From a virus (lineage: Duplodnaviria; Caudoviricetes), in IMG/VR virus record IMGVR_UViG_3300032334_000367, positions 1-52,186 of that record: a stretch of 52,186 bases of DNA; one strand, given 5' to 3'. Under the pieces are notes generated by a model. That model was not told where the DNA came from, searched no databases, and saw nothing but the letters and a program-made list of their open reading frames with translations. The translations under genes and the position numbers were made by a program. This document shows, one piece after another, positions 17,210 through 27,393 of the stretch (position 1 is the first letter of the stretch; each line of letters begins with the position of its first letter).

Positions 17210-18912
17210 TATACGATCCTCGAAAAATTCTTAATCTTATCAAATTTAATTACGCTGCGGAACTTATCGACTAGGATATCACCCTTATGGCTAATAACGA
17301 AGACATTAGTTTCATTCAATGTATTAATCAGTTTCATAAACTCTTCAGTACCGCTATTATCTAGCGAACTGTCGAATACTTCATCAAGAATTAACAAGTT
17401 GGTATTCATACTATTTTTCATCTTAGCAATCGCTCGCCAAGTAAATAGTAGAGCCAAGTCAATTCTCATCTTTTCACCTTCAGAAAAATTCTGATAGCTG
17501 AATTCATCTCTAAATCTTGATTTAATCGTTTCTTTAAACTCTTCATTAATTTCAAAGTTAACAAAGAAGTCCATAGAAGCCAAATATTTATTGACCAGCT
17601 TATTGATGATGGGAAGATACTGTTTAATAATCCTAGCCTTAATACCAGTATCTTTCAATAGGGTAGCTGATACATCTATGTATGTCTTAGTTTCAGAAAG
17701 CTTAATTTTTTCACTATTGAGTTGTTCTAGTTTATCGACTAGTTCCTTTGACACAGTCATCATATCATCGCTGAGAACTTTCTTGTCTTTAAGTTCTTTA
17801 ATTTCAGCTAAAAGTTTCTTCATGTACTTTTGTATTTGGGTTACACTTGCATTAGTTTCAGATACAGCATTACCATGCTTAATTATTTTCTTGTTTATCG
17901 CAGTAATTTCAGTAAGCCGTTCACTAACCTTATTGTATTCATCAGTGAGCTTTTCCAATCCATCATTCAATTCATCAATCTTAGAATTGCATTGGTGAAC
18001 CTTTTCGTCTTTGTTATTAATAGTTTGGTCACAAGAAGGGCAAGTGCTATTCTTGGTGTAGAACTCGATATCCTTTTTGAACTTGCCAATATTGTTTTCA
18101 ATTTTAGCTTCAAGCTGACTCAGTTTCTTTTGCTTATCTTTAACCTTAGATTCATCTTCAACTTTCTTCATCAGGATATCAATATGACGCTGAACCAACG
18201 TAACGTCAGATTGTAACTTAGTTACTTGGGCTTCTTGTTCAGCATATTCAGTTTCTTTCTTTAGAACTTGTTCATCGTTATTCTTTTTTGCATCAGCAAT
18301 AAACTTCTTTTGCAACTCAATCTTCTGAAGAGTAGATTCAAGTTCCTGCTTAAGCTCTGTGGCTCTCTGCTTAATTGCATTAGATTTTTCTTTCACGACA
18401 ACGTTCATTGCAGAGAAGATATTGATGTCCAGTAGATCCTCAATAATAGTTCTACGATCAGAAGCAGAAAGCTGCATGAATGGAGTAAAAGATGCGCTAC
18501 CAAGAATAACAATTTGAGTGAATGCTTTATAGTTAAACTTTAGGATTTGGTCTTCTAAAACTTCTTGATAATCCTTGCTAGCAGCTTCCTGATTTATCAA
18601 TACACCATCAGAATAGATCTCAAATATATTTGGTTTAATTCCTCTCACAATTTTGTAATTTCTATTCAGGGTTCGGAATTCAACTTCAGCAACGCAATCT
18701 TTTGCATTGATTGAATTTACAAGAGTTGGCTTATTGATATTTCTAAATGGCTTACCAAATAGAACAAAGGTGAGTGCATCCAACATAGTGGACTTACCTG
18801 CACCATTCATACCAATAATCAATGTATTAGGAGACTTATCGAGTTTAATCTCTGTAAATACATTACCAGTAGAAAGAAAGTTTTTAAACCTTAATGTCTT
18901 GAACTGAATCAT
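17209..18912 (-). CDS. gp46: Recombination exonuclease ATPase subunit gp46 (Rad50/SbcC-like)
   Basis: GMNGAGKST, CPSC zinc hook, FSEGE signature, LDEVFD. Confidence 0.96.
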   Translation of the reverse strand: MIQFKTLRFKNFLSTGNVFTEIKLDKSPNTLIIGMNGAGKSTMLDALTFVLFGKPFRNINKPTLVNSINAKDCVAEVEFRTLNRNYKIVRGIKPNIFEIYSDGVLINQEAASKDYQEVLEDQILKFNYKAFTQIVILGSASFTPFMQLSASDRRTIIEDLLDINIFSAMNVVVKEKSNAIKQRATELKQELESTLQKIELQKKFIADAKKNNDEQVLKKETEYAEQEAQVTKLQSDVTLVQRHIDILMKKVEDESKVKDKQKKLSQLEAKIENNIGKFKKDIEFYTKNSTCPSCDQTINNKDEKVHQCNSKIDELNDGLEKLTDEYNKVSERLTEITAINKKIIKHGNAVSETNASVTQIQKYMKKLLAEIKELKDKKVLSDDMMTVSKELVDKLEQLNSEKIKLSETKTYIDVSATLLKDTGIKARIIKQYLPIINKLVNKYLASMDFFVNFEINEEFKETIKSRFRDEFSYQNFSEGEKMRIDLALLFTWRAIAKMKNSMNTNLLILDEVFDSSLDNSGTEEFMKLINTLNETNVFVISHKGDILVDKFRSVIKFDKIKNFSRIV

Positions 18913-19976
18913 TTAGTTTCCAAATTTTGCGCTTCAAGATATATTTCACGGATTTGATTCTTCAGCTTAGACTTATCCAAGTCAATCTCTAAGCCGTCGA
19001 TATACTTGTCCAATAGCGTTACAGTATCATCAGATTGATCGACGATGTCGTCATCAGAAATTTCTGAGTAGTCAGTGAAATCTTCTACGATTGTGAGGTC
19101 AAGAGGAGAGACCTTATATAAGTTGTCTAAGAACATATCATACAATACAGGATTTGATTTGCTCGCAACAATCACCTTTACCATAGCGTTTTTGTATTGC
19201 TCATAGTCTTTATTTGCGATTGTTTCTAGTGTTTCCTGCTTCTCATCGTACAGAACCTTGTGGAACATACGATAAGGGTTTTCAATGAAATCAAGTTCAC
19301 GGGTTGCTGTATCGAATATATGAAACCCGCGCTTATCGTTATAGTCTGCCCAAGTCATTTCATAAGTGTTACCCAAATATGTAACATGACCATCAGTAGA
19401 CTTATGATGAAAGTGTCCTGAATAAACTATATCAAACTTATCGAACATCTCTCGCGAGAGACCTTCATGACACACATTACCGCGATCCATTTCAAAGCCA
19501 GAAATTTCAAAGTGTCCAAAACAAATTTGGGCTGGTGATTGCTTTATGTATTCTAAGATATCATTCATATTAGTATGATTGATCCATGGAATAAGAGATA
19601 TATCAGTACCATCAAACGTTACAGTTTTAGGTGATGAATAAATCTTCAAGTTATCTTGTAACGAAAATAACTCTTCCATCGCATTCACTTCATTGGTGTT
19701 ACGATAAGGGACGTCATGGTTGCCCACAATCACATGGAAGTCAATGTTCATCTCTTTTAATCTAGAGACAAATCGCTTGCGGAGGTTATGTAACGTAGTG
19801 AAATTAATAAAACGTCTACGGTCTACGATGTCACCAAGGTGAACAACAGTTGTAATGTTATTCTCTTGCAAGTAAGGGAAGAAAGTGTTCTCCCAAAACT
19901 TGAAAAAGAATTCATTAAATGCTGGATTATCGCCGCGAGCACCGAAGTGTGTGTCTGTTATAAGTGCTAATTTCAT
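18909..19976 (-). CDS. gp47: Recombination nuclease gp47 (Mre11/SbcD-like)
   Basis: DTHFG, GD, GNHD, GHFH metallophosphoesterase motifs. Confidence 0.95.
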   Translation of the reverse strand: MKLALITDTHFGARGDNPAFNEFFFKFWENTFFPYLQENNITTVVHLGDIVDRRRFINFTTLHNLRKRFVSRLKEMNIDFHVIVGNHDVPYRNTNEVNAMEELFSLQDNLKIYSSPKTVTFDGTDISLIPWINHTNMNDILEYIKQSPAQICFGHFEISGFEMDRGNVCHEGLSREMFDKFDIVYSGHFHHKSTDGHVTYLGNTYEMTWADYNDKRGFHIFDTATRELDFIENPYRMFHKVLYDEKQETLETIANKDYEQYKNAMVKVIVASKSNPVLYDMFLDNLYKVSPLDLTIVEDFTDYSEISDDDIVDQSDDTVTLLDKYIDGLEIDLDKSKLKNQIREIYLEAQNLETK

Positions 19977-20002
19977 AGGAGTACTCTTGAGTGAGAGCTC
20001 TT

Positions 20003-20031
20003 ATTATACCTCATCTTTCAATGATATACAA
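20003..20031 (-). promoter_or_regulatory. sigma70-like promoter for gp47 (TTGTAT-N17-TATAAT)
   Basis: Intergenic hexamers with a 17-nt spacer. Confidence 0.6.
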
Positions 20032-20038
20032 AATGTTT

Positions 20039-20614
20039 TTATACTTGAGCGTCGAGCGCCACGTCAAGCACCACTACCTCATCTTCATCTATCAATAGTT
20101 CAAGCGACTTCTTGACTTTTTTCTTCTTATTCATTTTGGTTTGCTCATAGTTCTGTATGAACTCAGAGATATTATCATACATTTCAAATTGCCTACTTGA
20201 GCCACCATTCTCTTCATGCTCGAATTGCTCATACTCATCCAATACACCGATCTGCTCTGTAGACTTATACTTTACATACAGCTGCTTCTTTTCCTTATGG
20301 ATCCGACGGATGAAAGCGAAGTAAATAATTTGAGTGAAATATGCGAATGGATTCTTGGATTTCTTTGGGTCAAAGTTATCAAAGTACATCACACAATTTT
20401 CAATGCCATCGGCAATCATTTCATCTCTAAAAGAATATGATATGAAATTGGGCTTGTGTGATAGATTTTCAGCGATTAGCATCAAGCATTTACCCACATA
20501 GTCTGGGATCTTTGGTTTGGTTGTGCCTTCACGTTTCGCTTTCCTGCAGTCCTTTTTGTATTGAATAAGTGCTTTCAAAAAGTCTGCGTTGTTTACATAA
20601 TGATTCTTTGCCAT
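20039..20614 (-). CDS. gp55: Late-transcription sigma factor gp55
   Basis: HYVNN, PNF..Y..EMIADG, NPFAYFTQI..AFIRRI.KEKKQ. Confidence 0.95.
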   Translation of the reverse strand: MAKNHYVNNADFLKALIQYKKDCRKAKREGTTKPKIPDYVGKCLMLIAENLSHKPNFISYSFRDEMIADGIENCVMYFDNFDPKKSKNPFAYFTQIIYFAFIRRIHKEKKQLYVKYKSTEQIGVLDEYEQFEHEENGGSSRQFEMYDNISEFIQNYEQTKMNKKKKVKKSLELLIDEDEVVVLDVALDAQV

Positions 20615-20621
20615 AAATTAT

Positions 20622-20650
20622 TTGACCTGCAGGTGATAAGTGGGTACAAT
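20622..20650 (+). promoter_or_regulatory. Orphan antisense sigma70 promoter (TTGACC-N17-TACAAT)
   Basis: Near-consensus hexamers on the + strand; no + strand gene downstream. Confidence 0.6.
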
Positions 20651-20688
20651 AGACTGTGTCGGGCTTTATGAATAACTCTATTTAAAGA

Positions 20689-21093
20689 CTATTCTATACT
20701 ATTTTTAGATCCAGGGAAAGTAATTACCTTAGAATTATTATTAGAGAGAACCTTTTCTTTTTTATCAGTTCTCTTATAAGTTCCCCGATCTTCAATCATT
20801 TCAAAGACTACACCTTTATAGTAGTCTATAATATCTTCCTCAACCTCGGCAGTAAAGATAATATCTTTCAAATTGAGGTTGCATCCATTGTCTTTAGCGA
20901 TGCCTTGTGGCATCCAGTTATGCATATAGATTGTCTGTTTACCTGCATCTAAGTCAGCGTCAACAATCACACGCATAGGATTTTCTACCAAAAAAGAAGA
21001 TCTAGTAGAGCCTTTAATTACAGCTATAATATCTTCTCCATTGGAGAGTCTGAGAAACTTAACTTTAGTTTCTTCTGTTTTTGTATCAGACAT
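20689..21093 (-). CDS. Conserved T4-like hypothetical protein (Sm-like fold)
   Basis: LRLSNGEDII..ENPM..WMP; typical position between uvsW and gp55. Confidence 0.7.
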   Translation of the reverse strand: MSDTKTEETKVKFLRLSNGEDIIAVIKGSTRSSFLVENPMRVIVDADLDAGKQTIYMHNWMPQGIAKDNGCNLNLKDIIFTAEVEEDIIDYYKGVVFEMIEDRGTYKRTDKKEKVLSNNNSKVITFPGSKNSIE

Positions 21094-22591
21094 TTTTTAT
21101 TTCTACCTTATAAGTTGAGATTTTAAATTTCTCCGCATGATATATTTTTACACGTTCAGCGTAATGATTCATAGTATAGTTTGTGTAATTTCCAATTCGA
21201 AGGTCATCAGAAATATCGTAAAGCGTTGCTTTGTCTTTATCTTCTCCTAAACGGAGACCTCTACCGATTGACTGTAAATTTCTAATTTTAGATTTACTTG
21301 GAGAGGCGAATACTATATTATGTAGGCGACGAATATTTACGCCTGTTGAGAACACACCATAGGAGGCAACGATGATAGCATCGTTTTCTTTCTCAGTAAT
21401 ATGTCTAACGTTTTCTCGATCTTCTGCTTCAGTTTGACCACAAACAAAAAAGATCTTTCTATTAAGATTTTGGTTTTTCTCCACAATCATATTGTGAAGA
21501 ATTTTACCGTGCTTCTCAACATACTGAAACAAAATTAGGCTGTTACCTTTTTGATCTAATGCAAGATTAGTGATAAACCTATTTCTCGATTCATTAGTTA
21601 CAATAAAGTCCATCTCTTGTTGAAAGTCCATTTCTTTAACCATTTTACATAGTTGTTCAGGATACTTCAATACAAGACATTTAATTTCAAAGTCTGATAA
21701 TTGTTTCTTATCAATAAGTTCTTTGGTAGTTACAAGTCTAGAGGCTGGACCAAAGTGCCCCTCAAGAACAAGCTTGTGAACTTCAGAGTCATCTATAGTA
21801 CCAGTAGTTCCTAATCTATACTTAGCGTTGGTAGATTTGGTCATGATGGATGAAAGTGACTTTGCTTTGAAGCTGTGAGCTTCGTCGCCAATTATAAAGT
21901 CAAATTGCTCAAAGAATTTCTTGGGTAATTCATGTATAGATTGCCATGTAGAAATAGTTAGAGGAACATTAGCGAACTTATCTTGTCCTTGATAAATCTT
22001 GTGGCAATATTTTTCTACATCCCATTTATTGACTGAAGAATAATCTTTAAAGTCACCATACATCTGCTCAACTAGAGAGATAGTTGGAACAATTAGTAAT
22101 CCTCTTTTGCATTTATTTTTTAGCAAGTGACGCATTATCATATAAATGATAAGCGACTTACCAGAAGCAGTCGGAGAAAGAAGCAGTATCTTTTTATACT
22201 TGATTGCTTTGATTAAACCAGTAAGCTGATAGTCATGTGGTTGAATTGGTTTATTTCTTGAATGTAAGTCTAGCGACTTTGCAAACTCAGTTGCTTCTTC
22301 AAGAGTAAATTTGTCAAAGCTTTGCGCAGCAGAATCAACAGCAACTTTTAAATTTCGTTCCTTAGCAAACTCTTTGAGATAACGAATTAACCCACCATAA
22401 AGGTATGCTGTCTTTTTGCTGAAAAGATATATCTTCCCGTTCCAAATTTTCTTTTTGTATAGGGGACTAAATTGATAGTTAGGAGCAAAGAATGAGAAGT
22501 AATCACTCAGTTCTGCTTTCACAGAGTCTTCACAAACTAATTGAACAAATACCTCATTTACTTTGTTAACTATAATATCAATGTTGTCCAC
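21086..22591 (-). CDS. uvsW: DNA helicase UvsW (SF2)
   Basis: SPTASGKS, DEAH, TGT, QSIGRGLR. Confidence 0.95.
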   Translation of the reverse strand: MDNIDIIVNKVNEVFVQLVCEDSVKAELSDYFSFFAPNYQFSPLYKKKIWNGKIYLFSKKTAYLYGGLIRYLKEFAKERNLKVAVDSAAQSFDKFTLEEATEFAKSLDLHSRNKPIQPHDYQLTGLIKAIKYKKILLLSPTASGKSLIIYMIMRHLLKNKCKRGLLIVPTISLVEQMYGDFKDYSSVNKWDVEKYCHKIYQGQDKFANVPLTISTWQSIHELPKKFFEQFDFIIGDEAHSFKAKSLSSIMTKSTNAKYRLGTTGTIDDSEVHKLVLEGHFGPASRLVTTKELIDKKQLSDFEIKCLVLKYPEQLCKMVKEMDFQQEMDFIVTNESRNRFITNLALDQKGNSLILFQYVEKHGKILHNMIVEKNQNLNRKIFFVCGQTEAEDRENVRHITEKENDAIIVASYGVFSTGVNIRRLHNIVFASPSKSKIRNLQSIGRGLRLGEDKDKATLYDISDDLRIGNYTNYTMNHYAERVKIYHAEKFKISTYKVEIKNV

Positions 22592-23018
22592 TTATGAATC
22601 TCTCCCATCCCATAAACTCTTTAAGCTGCCAAGTGCGGTTATTAAGTTCTTTCAAAATTAAATTACAAACTTCTACAGCTTGTTCGTGTAGAGCTCTCTT
22701 TGCGATAATTTTCGCAAGATCCTCATCTGACTCAAGATAAGTTGAAACATCGCCTTTTAGAGTAAACCTGAATGGTTCTAGGTTGTACTTCTTGAGCATC
22801 TCATCATCACCGTTTAATTTTCCGGTGTAATATTCCCATTTAATCTTTTTTATCTTAGAAAACTCAATACCACAAGACTTTACAGCAAGAGAATGCGCAG
22901 TAAGTTGGGTAACGTACTTAGAGTGTAAGACAGGAATTCGAATAATTTCTGCACTAGGGTCAGTTCGATCGACCACAGAGTCTTTCTCCCACATCTGGAG
23001 AATTTCGTTAATTTGCAT
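22578..23018 (-). CDS. uvsY: Recombination mediator UvsY
   Basis: W.KDS..D, IPVLHSKY, KWEYYTGK, RTWQLK; synteny. Confidence 0.9.
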   Translation of the reverse strand: MQINEILQMWEKDSVVDRTDPSAEIIRIPVLHSKYVTQLTAHSLAVKSCGIEFSKIKKIKWEYYTGKLNGDDEMLKKYNLEPFRFTLKGDVSTYLESDEDLAKIIAKRALHEQAVEVCNLILKELNNRTWQLKEFMGWERFISGQH

Positions 23019-23058
23019 AGCTCTCATAATATTACTCAATAAAAAACAAATAATCTAT

Positions 23059-23088
23059 ATTATACCCTTTCTACATCATAATAGGCAA
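23059..23088 (-). promoter_or_regulatory. sigma70-like promoter for uvsY (TTGCCT-N18-TATAAT), in the gp3 3' end
   Basis: Hexamers at 23083-23088 and 23059-23064. Confidence 0.55.
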
Positions 23089-23593
23089 ATTTAAATGTCG
23101 CATCTCCAGTAATAATTACGTCAGCATTATCCTGAGTTGAATACCGAATAGATGAAAGACTTATAGGAAAACAATCTCTAAATTTAACTCGAATGTTTGG
23201 ATTGTTCTTATTTGTATATAGAGTTAATACTGCATCACTATATTGAGGCTTTTCGGAATTTTTAGCCAACATTGATTGTGGGCTTGATGGTTGTTGTAAC
23301 TTTAAGTTCTTATATTCTTCGAATGATGTTGGAAATGTTATACCGCGAATCCAATCATGAACTGTAAACCAAGAGCGATAGTCTTCATCAACCAAGAATG
23401 AAATGTCTAGTGGCTCATATTCAATTTTATCTCCAGGAACCGCAAGGTCTGAGAATGGAGTACTCTGTTGAGTGCTTCCAGCTGAAACGCCAGGAAGATT
23501 GACCGCACTACAGAAGAATGTAACATATGGCAGTCTAGAGAATATTAATGTAAATTTAGTGCTTTGCGCTAAACTTTGATTTAATGGTTGCAT
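23060..23593 (-). CDS. gp3: Tail completion/tube terminator gp3
   Basis: VNLPG, PGDKIEY, FLVDED..W..W, CFPISLS; synteny. Confidence 0.88.
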   Translation of the reverse strand: MQPLNQSLAQSTKFTLIFSRLPYVTFFCSAVNLPGVSAGSTQQSTPFSDLAVPGDKIEYEPLDISFLVDEDYRSWFTVHDWIRGITFPTSFEEYKNLKLQQPSSPQSMLAKNSEKPQYSDAVLTLYTNKNNPNIRVKFRDCFPISLSSIRYSTQDNADVIITGDATFKFAYYDVERV

Positions 23594-23618
23594 GTTTAGT
23601 TTCCAAAACCTTGTATAC

Positions 23619-23626
23619 TATTTAGG
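23619..23626 (-). promoter_or_regulatory. T4-type late promoter variant CCTAAATA (gp3)
   Basis: TAAATA core about 25 nt upstream of the start codon. Confidence 0.55.
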
Positions 23627-23630
23627 CAAT

Positions 23631-23658
23631 AAAAAAGGGAGGCATTTCTGCCCCCCTT
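23631..23658 (-). terminator. Rho-independent terminator after gp23
   Basis: AAGGGGGGCA-GAAA-TGCCTCCCTT followed by TTTT. Confidence 0.85.
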
Positions 23659-23696
23659 AAACTTCTAACTTTCGTTATTGTTTTTAGTTTACGCTA

Positions 23697-25094
23697 TTAA
23701 CGTAGGTTGATAACACCGAACTTGCGGTAGTACACATTGCTATTAGCAGATAGTGCACCAGACGAAGCGGTTGATCCTTCCGAGAATGGATTCATGACTA
23801 GACCATAACGTGTCTTGAAGCCGATCTTAGGCTGGAAGGTGTTAGGATCAATTGCACGAACCATCTGTAGAGGAACGTATGGGCAGTAGAACAAGCCAGC
23901 GTCATAAGCGACGTTACCCTTGTAACCAACCACAACGTAGTCTGTACCAGCTACCGAGTATGGGTCAACATAAACCTTAACGCGACCAAATAGAGTACCA
24001 GCAAAAGTATTGCCAGTGTCGTCAACGGTTAGGTTTGTGCCATTGGTTAGAGCTCCCTGATAATCAAGAAGACCAGTCATTGCTAGGGCTGATGCGACAT
24101 CTGTTGAGCAGATGACGATATTACCCTTGCCGCGACGAGTGTCTTTAGCGATGCGGTTAGCTTCGCGCTCGATCTGGAACATTAGACCCTTATACTTTTC
24201 AACAGCCCAACGACCATCTGTGTCACCAGCGTTTGGCACGCCAACTGCTGATGTTAGAAGACCAGAAGTACCAAGGTTGTATAGACCTGGAGTATTAGCA
24301 GTATTAGCACCAGTCTTAGCGATCGCGTATACAGAACGAACAACCTCACGGTTAATTTCAGCAAGAATTTCTGTTGAAAGAATATTTGCTAGTTCTGTTT
24401 CTGCATCTAGACCGTGAACAGCCTTAAGGTCCTGTGCGAGCTCAAGGGTATACGATGCTTGTAGAGCACGTGTCTTGGCTGTTACAGTTACCTTCTCAAT
24501 TGAGAACCCCATTGCGTTCATGTTTGAAGCAGCAGTTAAATCTTCACCTGTTGTGGTCAACATACCAGCAGCAACGTTTGCCATGTTACCAGCAAATGCA
24601 GCTAGACCAGGGTTATTGCTTAGGGTTCCACCTGGGTTGCCACCAGCAATAAAAGTTGTGTTACCAGAGAACGCAGTATTGGCTTCGTTATATAGAGCTT
24701 CATTAGTGCCGCCCTGTGTAACGTTACCTGTTGAAGTTGGAGCATACTGGCTACGCATTGCAAAGATTAGCCCAGTAGGACCAGTCATTGGCTGAACGCC
24801 GCAGATATCATATGCCATTAGGTTGGGTAGTGAACGACGAACTAGGCTGATTAGAATCGGATCAAAACCAGCAACTGGTGAGCTTGCAGCACTACCAAAG
24901 CCAGCTGACGGATTGCTACCACCAGTAACCATTGTTGTCTCGTGCAACATGCCAGCTTCTTCACGAAGTGCACGCTCTTGATTCTCGAGCACAACTGCAG
25001 TTACTGAACGCTTGTATGGGTCGGTGATAGCACCTAGATCTGGGTGATCTAGGACTGGCGCCCACTTATTTTGAATTGCTTCTGAAAGATACAT
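23697..25094 (-). CDS. gp23: Major capsid protein gp23
   Basis: GVQPMTGPTGLIFAMR, ELAQDLKAVHGLDAE, FQPKIGFKTRYG. Confidence 0.98.
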   Translation of the reverse strand: MYLSEAIQNKWAPVLDHPDLGAITDPYKRSVTAVVLENQERALREEAGMLHETTMVTGGSNPSAGFGSAASSPVAGFDPILISLVRRSLPNLMAYDICGVQPMTGPTGLIFAMRSQYAPTSTGNVTQGGTNEALYNEANTAFSGNTTFIAGGNPGGTLSNNPGLAAFAGNMANVAAGMLTTTGEDLTAASNMNAMGFSIEKVTVTAKTRALQASYTLELAQDLKAVHGLDAETELANILSTEILAEINREVVRSVYAIAKTGANTANTPGLYNLGTSGLLTSAVGVPNAGDTDGRWAVEKYKGLMFQIEREANRIAKDTRRGKGNIVICSTDVASALAMTGLLDYQGALTNGTNLTVDDTGNTFAGTLFGRVKVYVDPYSVAGTDYVVVGYKGNVAYDAGLFYCPYVPLQMVRAIDPNTFQPKIGFKTRYGLVMNPFSEGSTASSGALSANSNVYYRKFGVINLR

Positions 25095-25111
25095 TTAATT
25101 CTCCTAAAAAA

Positions 25112-26377
25112 TTAGTTTGGTAGAGTTCTAGAGATTGCGCGAACATAACGATCCATTACAGAGTTAGACTCTGCAATTTGAACAGGCTCAACACTTTCTG
25201 TTAACGCGACTTGATTCGAAGCCTGTTTCACCTTTGACTGGTCAGATGAATTATTTGTGAAATAGCTCTCACGAATAATCTTGACCTTCTCAGCATATTC
25301 ACCCTCTGTGGTGAACTCTACACCCTCTGCGAGTGTCTTTACTTTTTCAGCTTGAGTGGCGGTGAGACCCTCGCAAACTGATGATACGATTTCAGACTTA
25401 GCTGCTTCTGTAACTGCCTGGGCAAGCTCAATGTTGTCATTGATGGCTTCATTTAGCTTGTCGTTTAGGGCAGCAATTTCTGCAGCCATTTCTTCCATTA
25501 CATCTACTTGTTCTTCTGGAACATTAATATTATGTTCAGCAAATAGATTCTTTAGACCTTCAATGAATTCTTCTGTAATTTCATTCTTTAGACCCGAGCT
25601 GATTGCAACTTCGTTGTCTTGTACCCACTGCTCAACCATATAGTTGAGGTAGGAATCAACCTGCTCTTCGAGCTCTTGCTTGATTACTTCTACTGATTGC
25701 TCAGCAGCTTCTAGAATGTCTTTTTCTAGTTCTTCAACAACTGTTACAGCGCGAGCAATAACTGCGCCTTCGAAGATTGTTGTAGCCTTTGTGCGGAACT
25801 CTTCTGATAGTTCTTCGCCGTTGAAGAGAGCGTTGATATCTTCCTGAACGCCCATTTGGCTCATCTTCTCTCTTACAAGAGCATACTTAGCCTCGCGGAT
25901 TTCAGCAAGTTCTTCTTCTGAAAGCTCTTCTTGCTCTTCTGAATCATCTTCATCAGAAAAGTCTTCTACATCTTCAACGTCATCTGAATCATCTTCAGCA
26001 AGAACATCTTCTTCATCAACATATTCTTCTTCAGCAATTGCCCTGCCATGAATGTTTGGAGACATTAATGGAGTTTCTGTATTGCCTTGAATATCTTCTG
26101 GGTTAGCTAGTGCCTTAACAGAATTTTGTGGCTGTGGAGAAAGCTTCTTCATGCCTTCCTGACCAATTGGTGCTGGCTTGCCTGGAGCAGCAGCTCTACC
26201 GACTAATGCGGCAGCTCTTGCGCCAATATCCATATTACCATTTGGATCCTGTAATGTTGAACCACCAAGGTCGACAAAATTTGCGCCTTGTAAATTCTTC
26301 ATTGGTTCTGCTGGCGATGAGCTCTTTGATCTTGCTAGAACTTCAGCGGCAGCTTCTGCTAGTGTGCGAACTGTCAT
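25112..26377 (-). CDS. gp22: Prohead core scaffolding protein gp22
   Basis: Acidic coiled coil, LSEEF..KATTIFE, YLNY..W; lies between gp21 and gp23. Confidence 0.92.
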   Translation of the reverse strand: MTVRTLAEAAAEVLARSKSSSPAEPMKNLQGANFVDLGGSTLQDPNGNMDIGARAAALVGRAAAPGKPAPIGQEGMKKLSPQPQNSVKALANPEDIQGNTETPLMSPNIHGRAIAEEEYVDEEDVLAEDDSDDVEDVEDFSDEDDSEEQEELSEEELAEIREAKYALVREKMSQMGVQEDINALFNGEELSEEFRTKATTIFEGAVIARAVTVVEELEKDILEAAEQSVEVIKQELEEQVDSYLNYMVEQWVQDNEVAISSGLKNEITEEFIEGLKNLFAEHNINVPEEQVDVMEEMAAEIAALNDKLNEAINDNIELAQAVTEAAKSEIVSSVCEGLTATQAEKVKTLAEGVEFTTEGEYAEKVKIIRESYFTNNSSDQSKVKQASNQVALTESVEPVQIAESNSVMDRYVRAISRTLPN

Positions 26378-26401
26378 GAGTAAACTCCTATGATTGTATC
26401 T

Positions 26402-26409
26402 TATTTATA
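26402..26409 (-). promoter_or_regulatory. T4 late promoter TATAAATA (gp22-gp23)
   Basis: Exact consensus. Confidence 0.8.
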
Positions 26410-26412
26410 AAA

Positions 26413-27057
26413 TTAAAGTTTTGAGAGAAAGCTCTCAAATTGACGTAGCTTAATTTCTTCCAACTGCTTTTGTTTTGCACGAACGATAACTTCTTTCATT
26501 GAAGCAATTTCTGCTTCTTTGATTAAACCATTATCCCATACCCACTCTTTGTTTTCCATAATACCATTAACAAAAGCACCTGGAGCTGAAGGATCAGCCA
26601 CAATATCTGCCGCTGTGGCTAGATAAAAATCTGGTTGAACGTAATTAACACCATTCTTGTTTACAAGAGATCCCATGCCTCTTGATGAAACTCCAACAGA
26701 ACCACCACCTTCAATAAGGCTCTTGGCAATCTTACCCATTGGCGTTTCTAAAATCTTTGCCTTACCAATCCAGACATTTCCTTCTTGTGTAAGGTTTGTA
26801 ATTAAATGTGACACTCTATCTAGGTTGATAGATGGACCGTCTGGATGCCCCAATTCACCAAATGCGCGGTTTTTGTCAACATACTCTTCAGTATAGCGAC
26901 CAACCTCACGTTTCATAATATGAGTTTCGTAAATTCTTCCGTTACGATTTTTTGTCTCAGCAACAAGGAATGGACCTTGAATGTAAAGGCTCTTTACACC
27001 ATTACTTTCTTCGGTAAGATATTTTACTTCTTCTAATGTTTCTGTAATTAGCTTCAT
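26413..27057 (-). CDS. gp21: Prohead protease gp21
   Basis: NRNGRIY, GELGHP, GVSSRGMGS, DIVADPSAP. Confidence 0.96.
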   Translation of the reverse strand: MKLITETLEEVKYLTEESNGVKSLYIQGPFLVAETKNRNGRIYETHIMKREVGRYTEEYVDKNRAFGELGHPDGPSINLDRVSHLITNLTQEGNVWIGKAKILETPMGKIAKSLIEGGGSVGVSSRGMGSLVNKNGVNYVQPDFYLATAADIVADPSAPGAFVNGIMENKEWVWDNGLIKEAEIASMKEVIVRAKQKQLEEIKLRQFESFLSKL

Positions 27058-27069
27058 TATAGTTATCCT

Positions 27070-27393
27070 TTAACCCCATCCCTCTCTGCGCGCATTACTC
27101 TGTTTCCATCTTCTAAGTCTTTGCGCAGACTTTGTTTTTGCTCTACGAAATCCCATTCTACGATTAGGATTCTTCTTTGATCTTGCTCTAATTTCTTGAG
27201 CAGTCATTCTTCTTAATTGTGTACCAACTAGTTTGTAACCTTTAATTTTTTTGTTACGAACCCTTTTATTTCTTTGAACAACAATTTGCCCTTTAGGATT
27301 TCTGCGAATACGACGCGCAATGCGCATAACTCTAGCACCAGCTTTCTTTGGCGCTTTAGTATTCTCAGAAAGAAAAGCCTTAAATGTTTTCAT
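27070..27393 (-). CDS. Highly basic prohead core/internal protein (gp68-like position)
   Basis: R/K-rich; N-terminus MKTFKAFLSE resembles the T4 capsid-targeting sequence. Confidence 0.6.
   Translation of the reverse strand: MKTFKAFLSENTKAPKKAGARVMRIARRIRRNPKGQIVVQRNKRVRNKKIKGYKLVGTQLRRMTAQEIRARSKKNPNRRMGFRRAKTKSAQRLRRWKQSNARREGWG

Noticed and set aside
23019-23090. Possible ori(uvsY)-like replication origin
   Set aside because: Only a promoter and a short AT-rich stretch are visible; analogy to T4 alone is insufficient.
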